64,000 nucleotides of DNA. Origin: an uncultured delta proteobacterium. Lineage in GTDB: Bacteria > Desulfobacterota > Desulfobacteria > Desulfobacterales > SG8-13. The notes under the pieces were generated by a model. The model saw only the letters and a list, made by a program, of their open reading frames with translations, did not search any database and was not told where the DNA came from. The stretch lies in NCBI GenBank assembly GCA_963848135.1, contig CAWKCK010000017.1, positions 186,001 through 250,000 on the forward strand. Direction: 5' to 3'. Below are positions 41,577-50,670 of this stretch, in pieces (the stretch's first letter is position 1; each line of letters opens with the position of its first letter). A program made the position numbers and the translations under genes.

Positions 41577-42548
41577 TTACCGGCCGAGGTATCGATCGAT
41601 TTTGGTGTTGATCTGGCCCATGACGTCCAGGGCAATCCGCAAAGCATCGCGACCCACCCGACCATCGACCTGAGGTTCGCTGCGGTTTCGTACCGTCTGG
41701 ACGAATTCTTTGAGCTCATCCTCAAGCGCATCTCCCGGCGCAAAGGAGAGTTGTTGGATGTCCATACCGGGAATCAGTCCGGGAGAATCATCATCCTTCC
41801 TTCGAATGACGGTGATGCTATGCTCGATAAAATCAACCGAAATGTAACAATCTTTCTGAAACAGGCGAATTTTGCGTTCGTTCTTAATCGATATCCGACT
41901 GGCTGTAACGTTGGCGACACAACCGCTGTCAAATTCGAGGCGGGCATTCGCAATATCGACCTCATTGGATACCACGGGAACACCGGCGGCATGAACACTG
42001 ATCAATTCAGACTGAGCAAAGTTGGAGATGAGATCGATGTCATGAATCATCAGGTCCAGTACGACACTCACATCCGTCGCACGGCCCTTGAACTGGGTGA
42101 GGCGATGCGACTCGATGAACAACGGCCGCTTGAGAATTCCTTTCAGGGCCACAATGGCTTGATTGAACCGTTCGAGGTGACCGACCTGAATGATAAGGTC
42201 CTGGGAGTCCGCTAACGCCACCAGCGCATCGGCCTCCGCCAATGTCGTGGTCATCGGCTTCTCAAGCAAAATGTCTACACCACTTTTCAAAAAATCTCTG
42301 GCCACCGTAAAATGCGCCGACGTCGGCACCACGACACTGACCGCATCGACCCGATCCAGCATATCCGCGTGTTTGTTAAAAGCCGTCGTACCCAATCTGT
42401 CGGCTACCTCCTTGGCGGCGACAGGATCGATGTCTACTATGCCGACAAGGTCCACGTCTTTCATGCGGGCATATTTTTCCGCATGAAATTTTCCCAGATA
42501 GCCCACACCGACGACGCCAACACGAAGTTTCTTTTCATCAGCATTCAT
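41577..42548 (-). CDS. Gfo/Idh/MocA oxidoreductase, GnnA-like (UDP-GlcNAc 3-dehydrogenase candidate)
   Basis: GVGYLG, EKP, GHLERFN, DLMIHDID, ANVTASR; located between lpxA and lpxB. Confidence 0.8.
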   Translation of the reverse strand: MNADEKKLRVGVVGVGYLGKFHAEKYARMKDVDLVGIVDIDPVAAKEVADRLGTTAFNKHADMLDRVDAVSVVVPTSAHFTVARDFLKSGVDILLEKPMTTTLAEADALVALADSQDLIIQVGHLERFNQAIVALKGILKRPLFIESHRLTQFKGRATDVSVVLDLMIHDIDLISNFAQSELISVHAAGVPVVSNEVDIANARLEFDSGCVANVTASRISIKNERKIRLFQKDCYISVDFIEHSITVIRRKDDDSPGLIPGMDIQQLSFAPGDALEDELKEFVQTVRNRSEPQVDGRVGRDALRIALDVMGQINTKIDRYLGR

Positions 42549-42657
42549 ATGTATCTTCCCACGAACCAAAATAGAGGGGTAGATATTGGGCCGACCCATT
42601 GTCGGCAGCAACGCAAAGGATTCTGGTTTTAGTGTGAACGGCGGTTCCTGACGGGCA

Positions 42658-43428
42658 TCATCGGGTAATGCCCCTTTCGGAGGACTTTATGAATTCGATA
42701 AAATTCACCACCTCGGGTATTTGATCGACCTCGGCCTTCACTCTTTCAACAGCTTGATTCTGTGTCAGGCCGATACGGAAGACGATGCGATAGGCTTTCT
42801 TCAATTCAGTGATCGTTTTTCGAGAAAAGCCGTAGCGCTTGAGCCCTACCTGATTGAGACCGTGCAACCGCGCTCTTTCTCCAGAAGCGATCACGTATGG
42901 TGGAATATCCTTAGGAACACCGGTTTTACCGCCGATGAAGGCATATTCACCGACATTCGTAAATTGGTGTACCGCCGAAAGCCCACCGATAGTACAGTGG
43001 TTTCCGATAGTAATGTGACCGGCTAAAGTGGCGTTGTTCGCCATGATAACCTGCCGTCCAAGCCTGCAATCGTGAGCGACGTGGGCGTAATTCATAAGCA
43101 AACATTCCTCACCGATTTCAGTGATGCCACCGCCTGATCTGGTCCCTCTGTGAATCGTGACAAACTCACGGATAATACACCCTTGCCCGATTTTGACGTA
43201 ACTAACTTCTCCCGCAAACTTCAGATCTTGGGGAATGGCACCGATGGCGGCAAACTGAAAGACCCGGCACCTCTGCCCGATGGTTACGTATGGTTCGATC
43301 ACGACATGCGTGCCGATGGTGGTCCCCTTGCCGATAAAAACATTGTCTCCGATGATCGTATAGGGCCCGATTTCAACATCGGATTCTAATTCTGCTTTCG
43401 GGCTGACGATTGCGGTTGGATGTATCAT
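42658..43428 (-). CDS. lpxA: UDP-N-acetylglucosamine acyltransferase
   Basis: IHPTAIV, PQDLKF, IREFVTIHRGT, HVAHDC, LAGH, VHQF. Confidence 0.96.
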   Translation of the reverse strand: MIHPTAIVSPKAELESDVEIGPYTIIGDNVFIGKGTTIGTHVVIEPYVTIGQRCRVFQFAAIGAIPQDLKFAGEVSYVKIGQGCIIREFVTIHRGTRSGGGITEIGEECLLMNYAHVAHDCRLGRQVIMANNATLAGHITIGNHCTIGGLSAVHQFTNVGEYAFIGGKTGVPKDIPPYVIASGERARLHGLNQVGLKRYGFSRKTITELKKAYRIVFRIGLTQNQAVERVKAEVDQIPEVVNFIEFIKSSERGITR

Positions 43429-43871
43429 TGTTTTACTCCCACGGTTGCCATCAACTCCGCCTCGGCCACACGTTTTCCGTCAACCGTAGCTGTTCCTGCC
43501 ATTTTAATGGCATTTTTACGCAATTTCAAAAGCGTTGCTTCCAGAATCAGTTGGTCACCGGGAATGACGGGTTTTCGGAAACGAACCTTGTCCATGGCCA
43601 TAAAATAAAAAATGTACTCATCATCTCCCGGTGGCTGGGAGGTCAGATAAAGTATCCCGCCGGTTTGGGCCATGGCTTCGACAATCAGCACTCCCGGCAT
43701 CACAGGCATCCCAGGGAAGTGTCCCTGAAAGAACGGTTCATTGAATGTCACATTTTTAAGGCCGACAATACGCTTTCCCGGCTCCGATTCTATGATGCGA
43801 TCGATGAGCAAAAACGGGTAGCGGTGCGGCATCAGTTCCAGAATTTTTTGGATATCGTGAACGGTTTCCAT
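43425..43871 (-). CDS. fabZ: 3-hydroxyacyl-ACP dehydratase
   Basis: PHRYPFLLID, KNVTFNEPFFQGHFP, PGVLIVEAMAQ. Confidence 0.97.
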   Translation of the reverse strand: METVHDIQKILELMPHRYPFLLIDRIIESEPGKRIVGLKNVTFNEPFFQGHFPGMPVMPGVLIVEAMAQTGGILYLTSQPPGDDEYIFYFMAMDKVRFRKPVIPGDQLILEATLLKLRKNAIKMAGTATVDGKRVAEAELMATVGVKQ

Positions 43872-44031
43872 GGCGTCCCTCCGATCGGTTCACAGACTGA
43901 AGTAGCCTGCCTTCAGGCATTTCTGTTCGAACGATGCCGCTGCCGCTGTGTGAGTCCGGGTACTTCACGAAATGCTTTTCCCCTGTCCTTCTGATAGACT
44001 TTCATGAAATATTCGGACGAACGACCAACGC

Positions 44032-45063
44032 TCAGTTTTCCTCTCTGGTCAGTCGTTTTATTTCTTTTTCGAGAGCGACAAGCCGCTTCTTAAGTTCGGG
44101 TAACTCCGGCAATACCCGTTGCATCCGGAGCCACTGTCGATGGGGCATCGGTGGTGTAGCGCCGGACATAATATGCCCCGGCTCCACTGATCGACCGATA
44201 CCGGTTCTGGTCCCGACTATACTGTTGTCCCCGATAGTCAAATGGCCGGCGATCCCTGCCTGACCGGCCAGGATAACTTGCCGGCCGATAGAAGTGCTTC
44301 CTGCGATCCCCACCTGCGCCACAATCAGTGTGTTCTCACCGACCGTTACATTGTGAGCAATCTGGACAAGGTTATCGGTCTTGACCCCTTTCTGAATCCA
44401 TGTCTTTCCAAAAGAGCCCCGGTCGATGGTGTTCACCGCGCCGATTTCCACGTCATCATCGATCTGAACGATTCCCAAGTGCGGAATTTTGACATAGGTC
44501 TCGCCGTCCGGCGCAAAGCCATAACCGTCGCTTCCAACCACAGTACCGGCGTGGATGGTGACGCGATCTCCGATCTGGCAACGGGCAAGAATCGAAACGT
44601 TGGGGTGAATGATCACATCGCTGCCGATGTTCACCTCATCGCCGAGGACCACACCGGGATGGATGATGGTACGATCCCCGATGCGAACGTTGTTGCCGAT
44701 AAAGACCATCGGTGCAATAACGGTGGTCGCACCGGGTTTGAACCCCTCACCGATCACCGCCCGGTTGCTGATTCCCTCATAGGGTATCGAAACAGGGTGA
44801 AAAAGTTCGACGACCTTGATGAAAGCCACTTTAGGGTTGCTCACTTGAAGCAGTGTGGGTCCATCAATCTCCACGTGATTCGGTACAATGACAGCACCGG
44901 CGTCTGTATCGCCGAGGTGCTTGATGTATTTGGCACCATCAGCAAAGGTAATTTGATCGGCAGCGGCAGCCTCAAAAGGCGCCACACCGTGAATGCTTTT
45001 GTTCTCATCGCCCCGGATACGTCCACCGACGTGCTCGGCGATGCGGCTCAGCGGCATTTCCAT
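44032..45063 (-). CDS. lpxD: UDP-3-O-acylglucosamine N-acyltransferase
   Basis: Hexapeptide repeats, GSDGYGF, KIPHLG, IDRG, KTDNLVQIAHNV, QVGIAGS. Confidence 0.96.
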   Translation of the reverse strand: MEMPLSRIAEHVGGRIRGDENKSIHGVAPFEAAAADQITFADGAKYIKHLGDTDAGAVIVPNHVEIDGPTLLQVSNPKVAFIKVVELFHPVSIPYEGISNRAVIGEGFKPGATTVIAPMVFIGNNVRIGDRTIIHPGVVLGDEVNIGSDVIIHPNVSILARCQIGDRVTIHAGTVVGSDGYGFAPDGETYVKIPHLGIVQIDDDVEIGAVNTIDRGSFGKTWIQKGVKTDNLVQIAHNVTVGENTLIVAQVGIAGSTSIGRQVILAGQAGIAGHLTIGDNSIVGTRTGIGRSVEPGHIMSGATPPMPHRQWLRMQRVLPELPELKKRLVALEKEIKRLTREEN

Positions 45064-45124
45064 ATTATTCACCCCTCATCGGCTCCGAACCGGCCGTATG
45101 TCTCTCTGTCATAGCCTGAAAAGA

Positions 45125-45673
45125 TCAATCTTTTTTAGACGCTTCGGTGTCACCCTTGGCGTACTTGGCATTGTATTTTTGTATCACCTGATCCGTGAGA
45201 TCAATTGAATTCGGATGGTACAGAACCCCTGGTTTGTCGATGATCAACAAGTAACCCCCAGACTTTCCGATATCTGCGGTCAAGGTCAGAACATCCTTTT
45301 GAATTCTCGTGGTATATTTCTTCTCGATCTCCTTCAGTTCACCGCTGTACTTCTTCCCGAGCTGCTGTAGATCCATCTGTTTGATCTGCAGATCCCGTTG
45401 GCTCTGCTCGCGTTTTTCCTGGCTCATAACCATTGCATTGCGTTCAAACTGCTTTTTCAGTTCTTCGAATTCAGCCCCCCTTTTTTTTAACTCCTCTTCC
45501 ATCCGGCTATATTTTTCTTTTATCAGGGCTCTTGCGGCTTTTCCGGCATCGGATGTTTCGAGCACCCGTTGGCCATCAATGATGCCGATCTTGGCAACAT
45601 CAGCGCTCATGCCGTAGCTCGCAATGGATAGTATAACAGTTAACGTAATGATTATCAGGTTGTATCGTCGCAT
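45125..45673 (-). CDS. skp: Skp/OmpH periplasmic chaperone
   Basis: Signal peptide, KIGIID, coiled coil, VLY...IDLT.QV; between bamA and lpxD. GAGGGAGG RBS before ATG 45673. Confidence 0.9.
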   Translation of the reverse strand: MRRYNLIIITLTVILSIASYGMSADVAKIGIIDGQRVLETSDAGKAARALIKEKYSRMEEELKKRGAEFEELKKQFERNAMVMSQEKREQSQRDLQIKQMDLQQLGKKYSGELKEIEKKYTTRIQKDVLTLTADIGKSGGYLLIIDKPGVLYHPNSIDLTDQVIQKYNAKYAKGDTEASKKD

Positions 45674-45741
45674 CTTTCCTCCCTCATGGCGATTTTGTTT
45701 GGATTCAACATCTGTTAATACGATGGCCGCTGCTGAAAAGC

Positions 45742-45806
45742 ATGGATTCAATCACCTCCGGTGTTGCCGGAGGAATGGCTTGCAAACCGCTCAATGCGGT
45801 CTTTTA
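45742..45806. repeat. Copy 2 of the 65-bp dispersed intergenic element
   Basis: Matches 19738-19802; the last 34 bp differ at only 3 positions. Confidence 0.75.
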
Positions 45807-45904
45807 TTATAACCAGAGTCTCAGGCATTTTTTCACTCCTGGGACTGTCAACCGTTGGGCGTCTCTCCGGCAAAGTTGGGGGCTTTCCGAAGATTGTTAT
45901 CGGG

Positions 45905-48574
45905 TTAGAATGACCCACCGAAATTAAATTCCCAGGCACCGGCAGTTTCACCTTCCTCACGGCCGATCTTGAACCCATACGCCAAAGCAATCGGTCCCAT
46001 CGGGGAATTCCAATTGACACCAGCTCCGATACTTTGACGCAGGGAATCACCGTTGATTTCTTGGGGCTCGGCGCCGGGTTGACTCGAAGCGATAGCCCCG
46101 GTGCTATAAAAGATGAACCCGTCAAGCCCGAATTCGGTGAGCAACGGGTGGATCAACTGGGCCGTGGCATAGCCAAACCGATCACCACCGATCACTTGCC
46201 CCCGTGCATCCCGGGGTTGGATTTCATCCCTGTCATAACCGACGAGGGAATCATACCCCTGCATATAGAACAGCTCATAGTCCGGCAGCACTCCGGAGGA
46301 ATTTTCACCCACATAGCCGGCTTTGGCTCTAAAATGGCCGATGAATTTCGCAATGAGAGGAAAATACCACCCCACCTGCCCGACGTACTTGTTGAAACCG
46401 ATATCGCCACCAAACCCGGCATACTCTGCGGTGAAGCGATGAAGTGCACCTTCGGTGGTAGAAAAAATCCGGTCACGGGTATCGTAGGTCAGAGTGGCCT
46501 CGGTACTCAAGGTGATGATATCTTTATTTCCGACTTGTTCGACGAGTTTCAAAATCGAAGACGGGGCTCTGAGAGGTTCTGTGATATTGATGTTGGCCGA
46601 ATCGTAGTTGAAGCCGATGTTGAGGCGGGTGTCCCTGTAGACCGGGTAACCGAGGAATACGGATCCTCCAATACTGTCCCGATCGTAAGCGTCGTATTCG
46701 CTACGCCAGTTGTACAACCTTATCGTTCCTGATAGCGGAATATCGAACAGCCATGGTTCGGTGAATGACAGCTGATATTGGGAGTTAACGGCACCGATGG
46801 TCCCCGACAGATTGAGAATCTGTCCGCGGCCGAAAAGATTACGCTGAGAGATCGAACCGTTGACGAAAACACTTTCAACATTGCTATACCCGCCCCCGAT
46901 GCTGAACTGGCCGGTTGATTTTTCTTCGACATCGATCGATAGCGCCATCTTATCGTCAGCGCTGCCTTTTACCGTGTTCACCTTAACGTCCTTGAAGTAA
47001 TCGAGGCGATTTAAGTTGCGAATGCTGCGCTTCAATCGGGATCCGCTGGTAAGTCCTTGTTCGTAAACTTCTAACTGGCGCCGGATCACCTTGTCGCGGG
47101 TACTGGAATTACCATTGATGGTGATTTCTTCGAAGTAGACCAAAGGCCCTTTTTGGATTTGGTAGACGATGTCTACCACCAGTTCTTCGGGATTTTCATC
47201 AATGCGCGGTGCAATGTCGGCGTATGCGTATCCGGCATCCGCATACAGATCGCTCAGGGTAATCAAGTCATTGCGGAGCACTGTCCGGTTGTAATACTCT
47301 TCTTTTTTCAAATTGACTTTTTCTAAAAGAACTTCGCTGGGAAAAATCAATTCACCGTCGACACCGACGGTGCCGACCGTATATCGGGGTCCCTCTTCGA
47401 TCTTGATAGTTACATCGATTCCCTTATCGGTAAAAACAACCTGCGGCTCACCGACCTTGGCGCGAATAAAGCCTTGGTTCTGGTAGAACGCCTCCAGGCG
47501 ACCGGAGTCCTGATCGAGATTCTCCATGTTCAAGTCGCCGGAATTGGTGATAAAGGAGAGCCAACTTTTTTCCGAGGTGCTCATCTGCTTTTTCAATTTT
47601 TTGTCCGAGAAGGCCTGGTTGCCCTCAAAACGGATTTTCTCGATCCTCACCTTGTTGCCTTCGTCGATCTCGAAGGTTACGTCGGCCTGGTTGTTTGATT
47701 CCTCCTTTATCTTATACTCTACTTTGACGTTGTGGTAGTTTTTATCTTTGTAAAGCTCTTCGATACGTTGAAGGTTGTTTTGAACGTGAAAAATATTCAA
47801 AATCGACCCGGTTTTCAGGGTAATGTTCTCTTTCATCTCCTTGTCGTCAAAGACCCGATTACCCTCGAAAAGTACGCGGCGAATGGTGGGCTTTTCCTTG
47901 ACGTAAACAATCACCACCTTACCGGCAGGATCATCTTCGGCCTCGATCCGCACATCGTCGAAATAGCCCATCGCATATATCGCCTTTAAATCGTCAGACA
48001 GGCTTTTCACGGAATATATGTCACCGGGGGCGGTTTTGATAATTCGTTTTATGGCATCAGCCTCGATCCGCTTACTTCCTTCGACGCGAATTTCTATGAT
48101 TTTTTTCTGCTCGAATACTACCAGGACAATCTCGCGAGTCAGTTCCCTGACTTTTAGGGGCAGGTTTTCCAGACCCCGACCCGAAACCGAAAATACCCTG
48201 GCCGGGCGAGGATTGAAGGATTCCACCAGCCGGGTATCCAGGCTGAACTGTTGACCGATCAAAGTAAGGCTGCCGATGAGTACGTAATCCGCACTATTTT
48301 CAACGCCCCTGCGTCGCGCATATTCGGGATCTAAAGCCGGCAATCCGGGAACCACGGAACTCTCTGTCGGTTGGATGACCTTGGCGCCCTCGGCAGTCAG
48401 GTTTTGACCGATGACTTTGGGAACCTCGGTCTGCAAATAGGCCAGATTCTCGGCCGCATTGATCTCAAAAGGTAATATCAGGACGGAGACATCTTTTTCC
48501 GCCCCGAGGACGGCAACCGGCAGCGAGCACGCAATGAAGGTGAGGATCAGGTAGATTCTTTTGATCATAACCAT
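45905..48574 (-). CDS. bamA: Outer membrane protein assembly factor BamA with an extra N-terminal domain
   Basis: POTRA repeats (GNSSTRDKVIRR, EKPTI), NLFGRGQ, FTEPW, WNSPMGP, C-terminal Phe. Confidence 0.95.
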   Translation of the reverse strand: MVMIKRIYLILTFIACSLPVAVLGAEKDVSVLILPFEINAAENLAYLQTEVPKVIGQNLTAEGAKVIQPTESSVVPGLPALDPEYARRRGVENSADYVLIGSLTLIGQQFSLDTRLVESFNPRPARVFSVSGRGLENLPLKVRELTREIVLVVFEQKKIIEIRVEGSKRIEADAIKRIIKTAPGDIYSVKSLSDDLKAIYAMGYFDDVRIEAEDDPAGKVVIVYVKEKPTIRRVLFEGNRVFDDKEMKENITLKTGSILNIFHVQNNLQRIEELYKDKNYHNVKVEYKIKEESNNQADVTFEIDEGNKVRIEKIRFEGNQAFSDKKLKKQMSTSEKSWLSFITNSGDLNMENLDQDSGRLEAFYQNQGFIRAKVGEPQVVFTDKGIDVTIKIEEGPRYTVGTVGVDGELIFPSEVLLEKVNLKKEEYYNRTVLRNDLITLSDLYADAGYAYADIAPRIDENPEELVVDIVYQIQKGPLVYFEEITINGNSSTRDKVIRRQLEVYEQGLTSGSRLKRSIRNLNRLDYFKDVKVNTVKGSADDKMALSIDVEEKSTGQFSIGGGYSNVESVFVNGSISQRNLFGRGQILNLSGTIGAVNSQYQLSFTEPWLFDIPLSGTIRLYNWRSEYDAYDRDSIGGSVFLGYPVYRDTRLNIGFNYDSANINITEPLRAPSSILKLVEQVGNKDIITLSTEATLTYDTRDRIFSTTEGALHRFTAEYAGFGGDIGFNKYVGQVGWYFPLIAKFIGHFRAKAGYVGENSSGVLPDYELFYMQGYDSLVGYDRDEIQPRDARGQVIGGDRFGYATAQLIHPLLTEFGLDGFIFYSTGAIASSQPGAEPQEINGDSLRQSIGAGVNWNSPMGPIALAYGFKIGREEGETAGAWEFNFGGSF

Positions 48575-48652
48575 TCACAACCTCGGTGGAAGCGCAGCGG
48601 TAATCGGTTGGGGCGGCATAAGACCAGCCTCGTACAACCCGGCGAGTTGTTG

Positions 48653-49381
48653 TCAGTCGGATTCAACCAGCACCCCATCAATGATTGTCACCTGCCGCGA
48701 CATGAGTCCGGAAAGTTCCCTGTTATGAGTAACGACGACAAGGGTCGTGCGAAGTTCCTGGTTCAACTCCATCAGCAATTCGTGAACCTGAACACTGTTG
48801 CCCTGGTCGAGATTTCCGGTCGGCTCATCGGCCAAGAGTATGGCCGGCTTCAATACCAGGGCCCTGGCCAGTGCAACCCGCTGCTGCTCGCCCCCCGAGA
48901 GTTTGGTAACCCGGTGGTTTAGCCGATCTTTGAGACCGACGCGCACCAGGATGCTCTCGGCGCCTTCGCGGGCGGCAATTTTGCCCCAACCGTTTATCAA
49001 GGCCGGCATCATCGCATTTTCGATCGTACTGAATTCCGGCAGCAAGTGGTGAAACTGGAATACGAAACCAATGGAGGTGTTTCTAAACCGGGCCAGTTTC
49101 TCGTCATTATATTTTAAAATGTCTTGGCCACTAAAGTACAGGTTCCCATGATCTGGCCGGTCAAGGGTCCCCAGTACATGAAGCAGCGTTGATTTTCCGA
49201 TGCCCGAGGCGCCGACGATTGCCACGGTTTCACCCACGCCGATGTCAAAATTAATCCCTTTCAGGATCTCGATGCGGGCACCGCCATGGTTGTAGCTTTT
49301 ATGCAGGTCTCTGACGGCAATAAATGAATCGCCGTCCATAGTCGATGGGCGGTTATCTGGCAAAAAATCTGCATTATCCAT
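48653..49381 (-). CDS. lolD: Lipoprotein-releasing ABC ATPase; alternative start at 49339
   Basis: GASGIGKSTLLH, GFVFQFHHLLPEF, LSGGEQQRVA, ADEPTGNLD. Confidence 0.92.
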   Translation of the reverse strand: MDNADFLPDNRPSTMDGDSFIAVRDLHKSYNHGGARIEILKGINFDIGVGETVAIVGASGIGKSTLLHVLGTLDRPDHGNLYFSGQDILKYNDEKLARFRNTSIGFVFQFHHLLPEFSTIENAMMPALINGWGKIAAREGAESILVRVGLKDRLNHRVTKLSGGEQQRVALARALVLKPAILLADEPTGNLDQGNSVQVHELLMELNQELRTTLVVVTHNRELSGLMSRQVTIIDGVLVESD

Positions 49382-50612
49382 AGCGAATTGCCTCGACGGG
49401 ATCGAGCCTGGAAGCCTGACGCGCCGGATACAGTGTCGCAAGAAAACAGATGACCAGTGCCGCACAAACAATGATGAGCACGTCAAACAGTTCGAGGCGA
49501 ACCGGTAATTTCGTCGTAAAATAGTAAATATCACCGGTGAGTTCGACGATACTATATCGCTTGAGAAGCGCGCAGATCGCCGATCCGGCGAGAACACCCA
49601 TGATCGTACCGATGAGGCCGATAATCATACCCTTGAACACGAAAATTTTGCGAATACTCTTATTCGGGGCACCCATGGCTTTAAGGATGGCGATGTCACG
49701 GGTTTTACCCATGACCATCATTATCAACGTGCTGGCGATGTTGAATGCGGCAACGAGGATGATCAGCGTCAGGATGATGAACATGGCGGTTTTTTCAAGC
49801 TTCAAAGCCGTGAACAAGTTCTGGTTTTTGCGAACCCAATCCCAGGCCCAATATGGAAAACCCAAAGCGGCCACGATCTCATCGGCAATTTCCCTGGCCG
49901 CATAAATATCGCTAACGCGGACTTCGACGGCAGAGACGGCATTTCCCAGGCGCAACAATCTCTGCGCATCCTCCAGTCGGATGTAGGCAAAGGAGCCGTC
50001 AAAATCATACATACCGGATTCAAAGTATCCGGTAACCTGGAACTGTTTCATCGCCGGTACGTGGCCGATGGGCGACAGCATCCCCCGGGGCGAAATAAGA
50101 TAGACAGCATCACCTTTGACAACACCCAGATTGCGGGCCAACTCTCTTCCAAGAACGATTCCAGGGGTTTCAGGATGCCTAACGCCGGTCTCATTTAGCG
50201 GCTCTGGAGGAGGGAAAGATATGTTTTTGAGAGTCTTGATAACACGCCCGGCGCTTTGGGGATCAATTCCCCTCAACACGGCCCCGGACACTCCGTTCGG
50301 CGAGCGCAACATGACCTGTTCATATACGACCGGTGCAGCGGCGACAACACCGTTGACGGACTCGGCATATTTCACAACTTTTTGGTAGTCATTGAAATCG
50401 CCGCCTTGGCGCATGACAACGACGTGGGCCTGGCCGCCCAGAATTCGGGACTTAAGATCCGACTCGAACCCGGACATGACCGCAATCACAACAATGAGCG
50501 CCATGACCCCCACCATGACCCCCGCAGTGGAAAGTATGGTAATCAGAGAGATAAAGGCCTGTTTCTTTTTGGCTCTCAGGTAACGGCCACTAATGAAATA
50601 TTCAAAGGACAT
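49374..50612 (-). CDS. lolE: Lipoprotein-releasing ABC permease LolC/E
   Basis: RYLRAK, GVMALIVVIAVMSGF, LVAAFNI, IAILKAMGA, YPARQASRLDPVEAIRY. Confidence 0.9.
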   Translation of the reverse strand: MSFEYFISGRYLRAKKKQAFISLITILSTAGVMVGVMALIVVIAVMSGFESDLKSRILGGQAHVVVMRQGGDFNDYQKVVKYAESVNGVVAAAPVVYEQVMLRSPNGVSGAVLRGIDPQSAGRVIKTLKNISFPPPEPLNETGVRHPETPGIVLGRELARNLGVVKGDAVYLISPRGMLSPIGHVPAMKQFQVTGYFESGMYDFDGSFAYIRLEDAQRLLRLGNAVSAVEVRVSDIYAAREIADEIVAALGFPYWAWDWVRKNQNLFTALKLEKTAMFIILTLIILVAAFNIASTLIMMVMGKTRDIAILKAMGAPNKSIRKIFVFKGMIIGLIGTIMGVLAGSAICALLKRYSIVELTGDIYYFTTKLPVRLELFDVLIIVCAALVICFLATLYPARQASRLDPVEAIRYG

Positions 50613-50670
50613 AATTACAGACGTCCGTCAAAGGGCAAGTTATCGATCGGTCGAAGTCGCCGCCCATCTT

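Noticed and set aside
45742..45806. SAM-I riboswitch (CCGGCAAC...GGTG on the minus strand)
   Set aside because: Lacks the ATC...GAT P1 and GAGGGA/GCCC kink-turn core, and the downstream gene is unrelated to sulfur metabolism.
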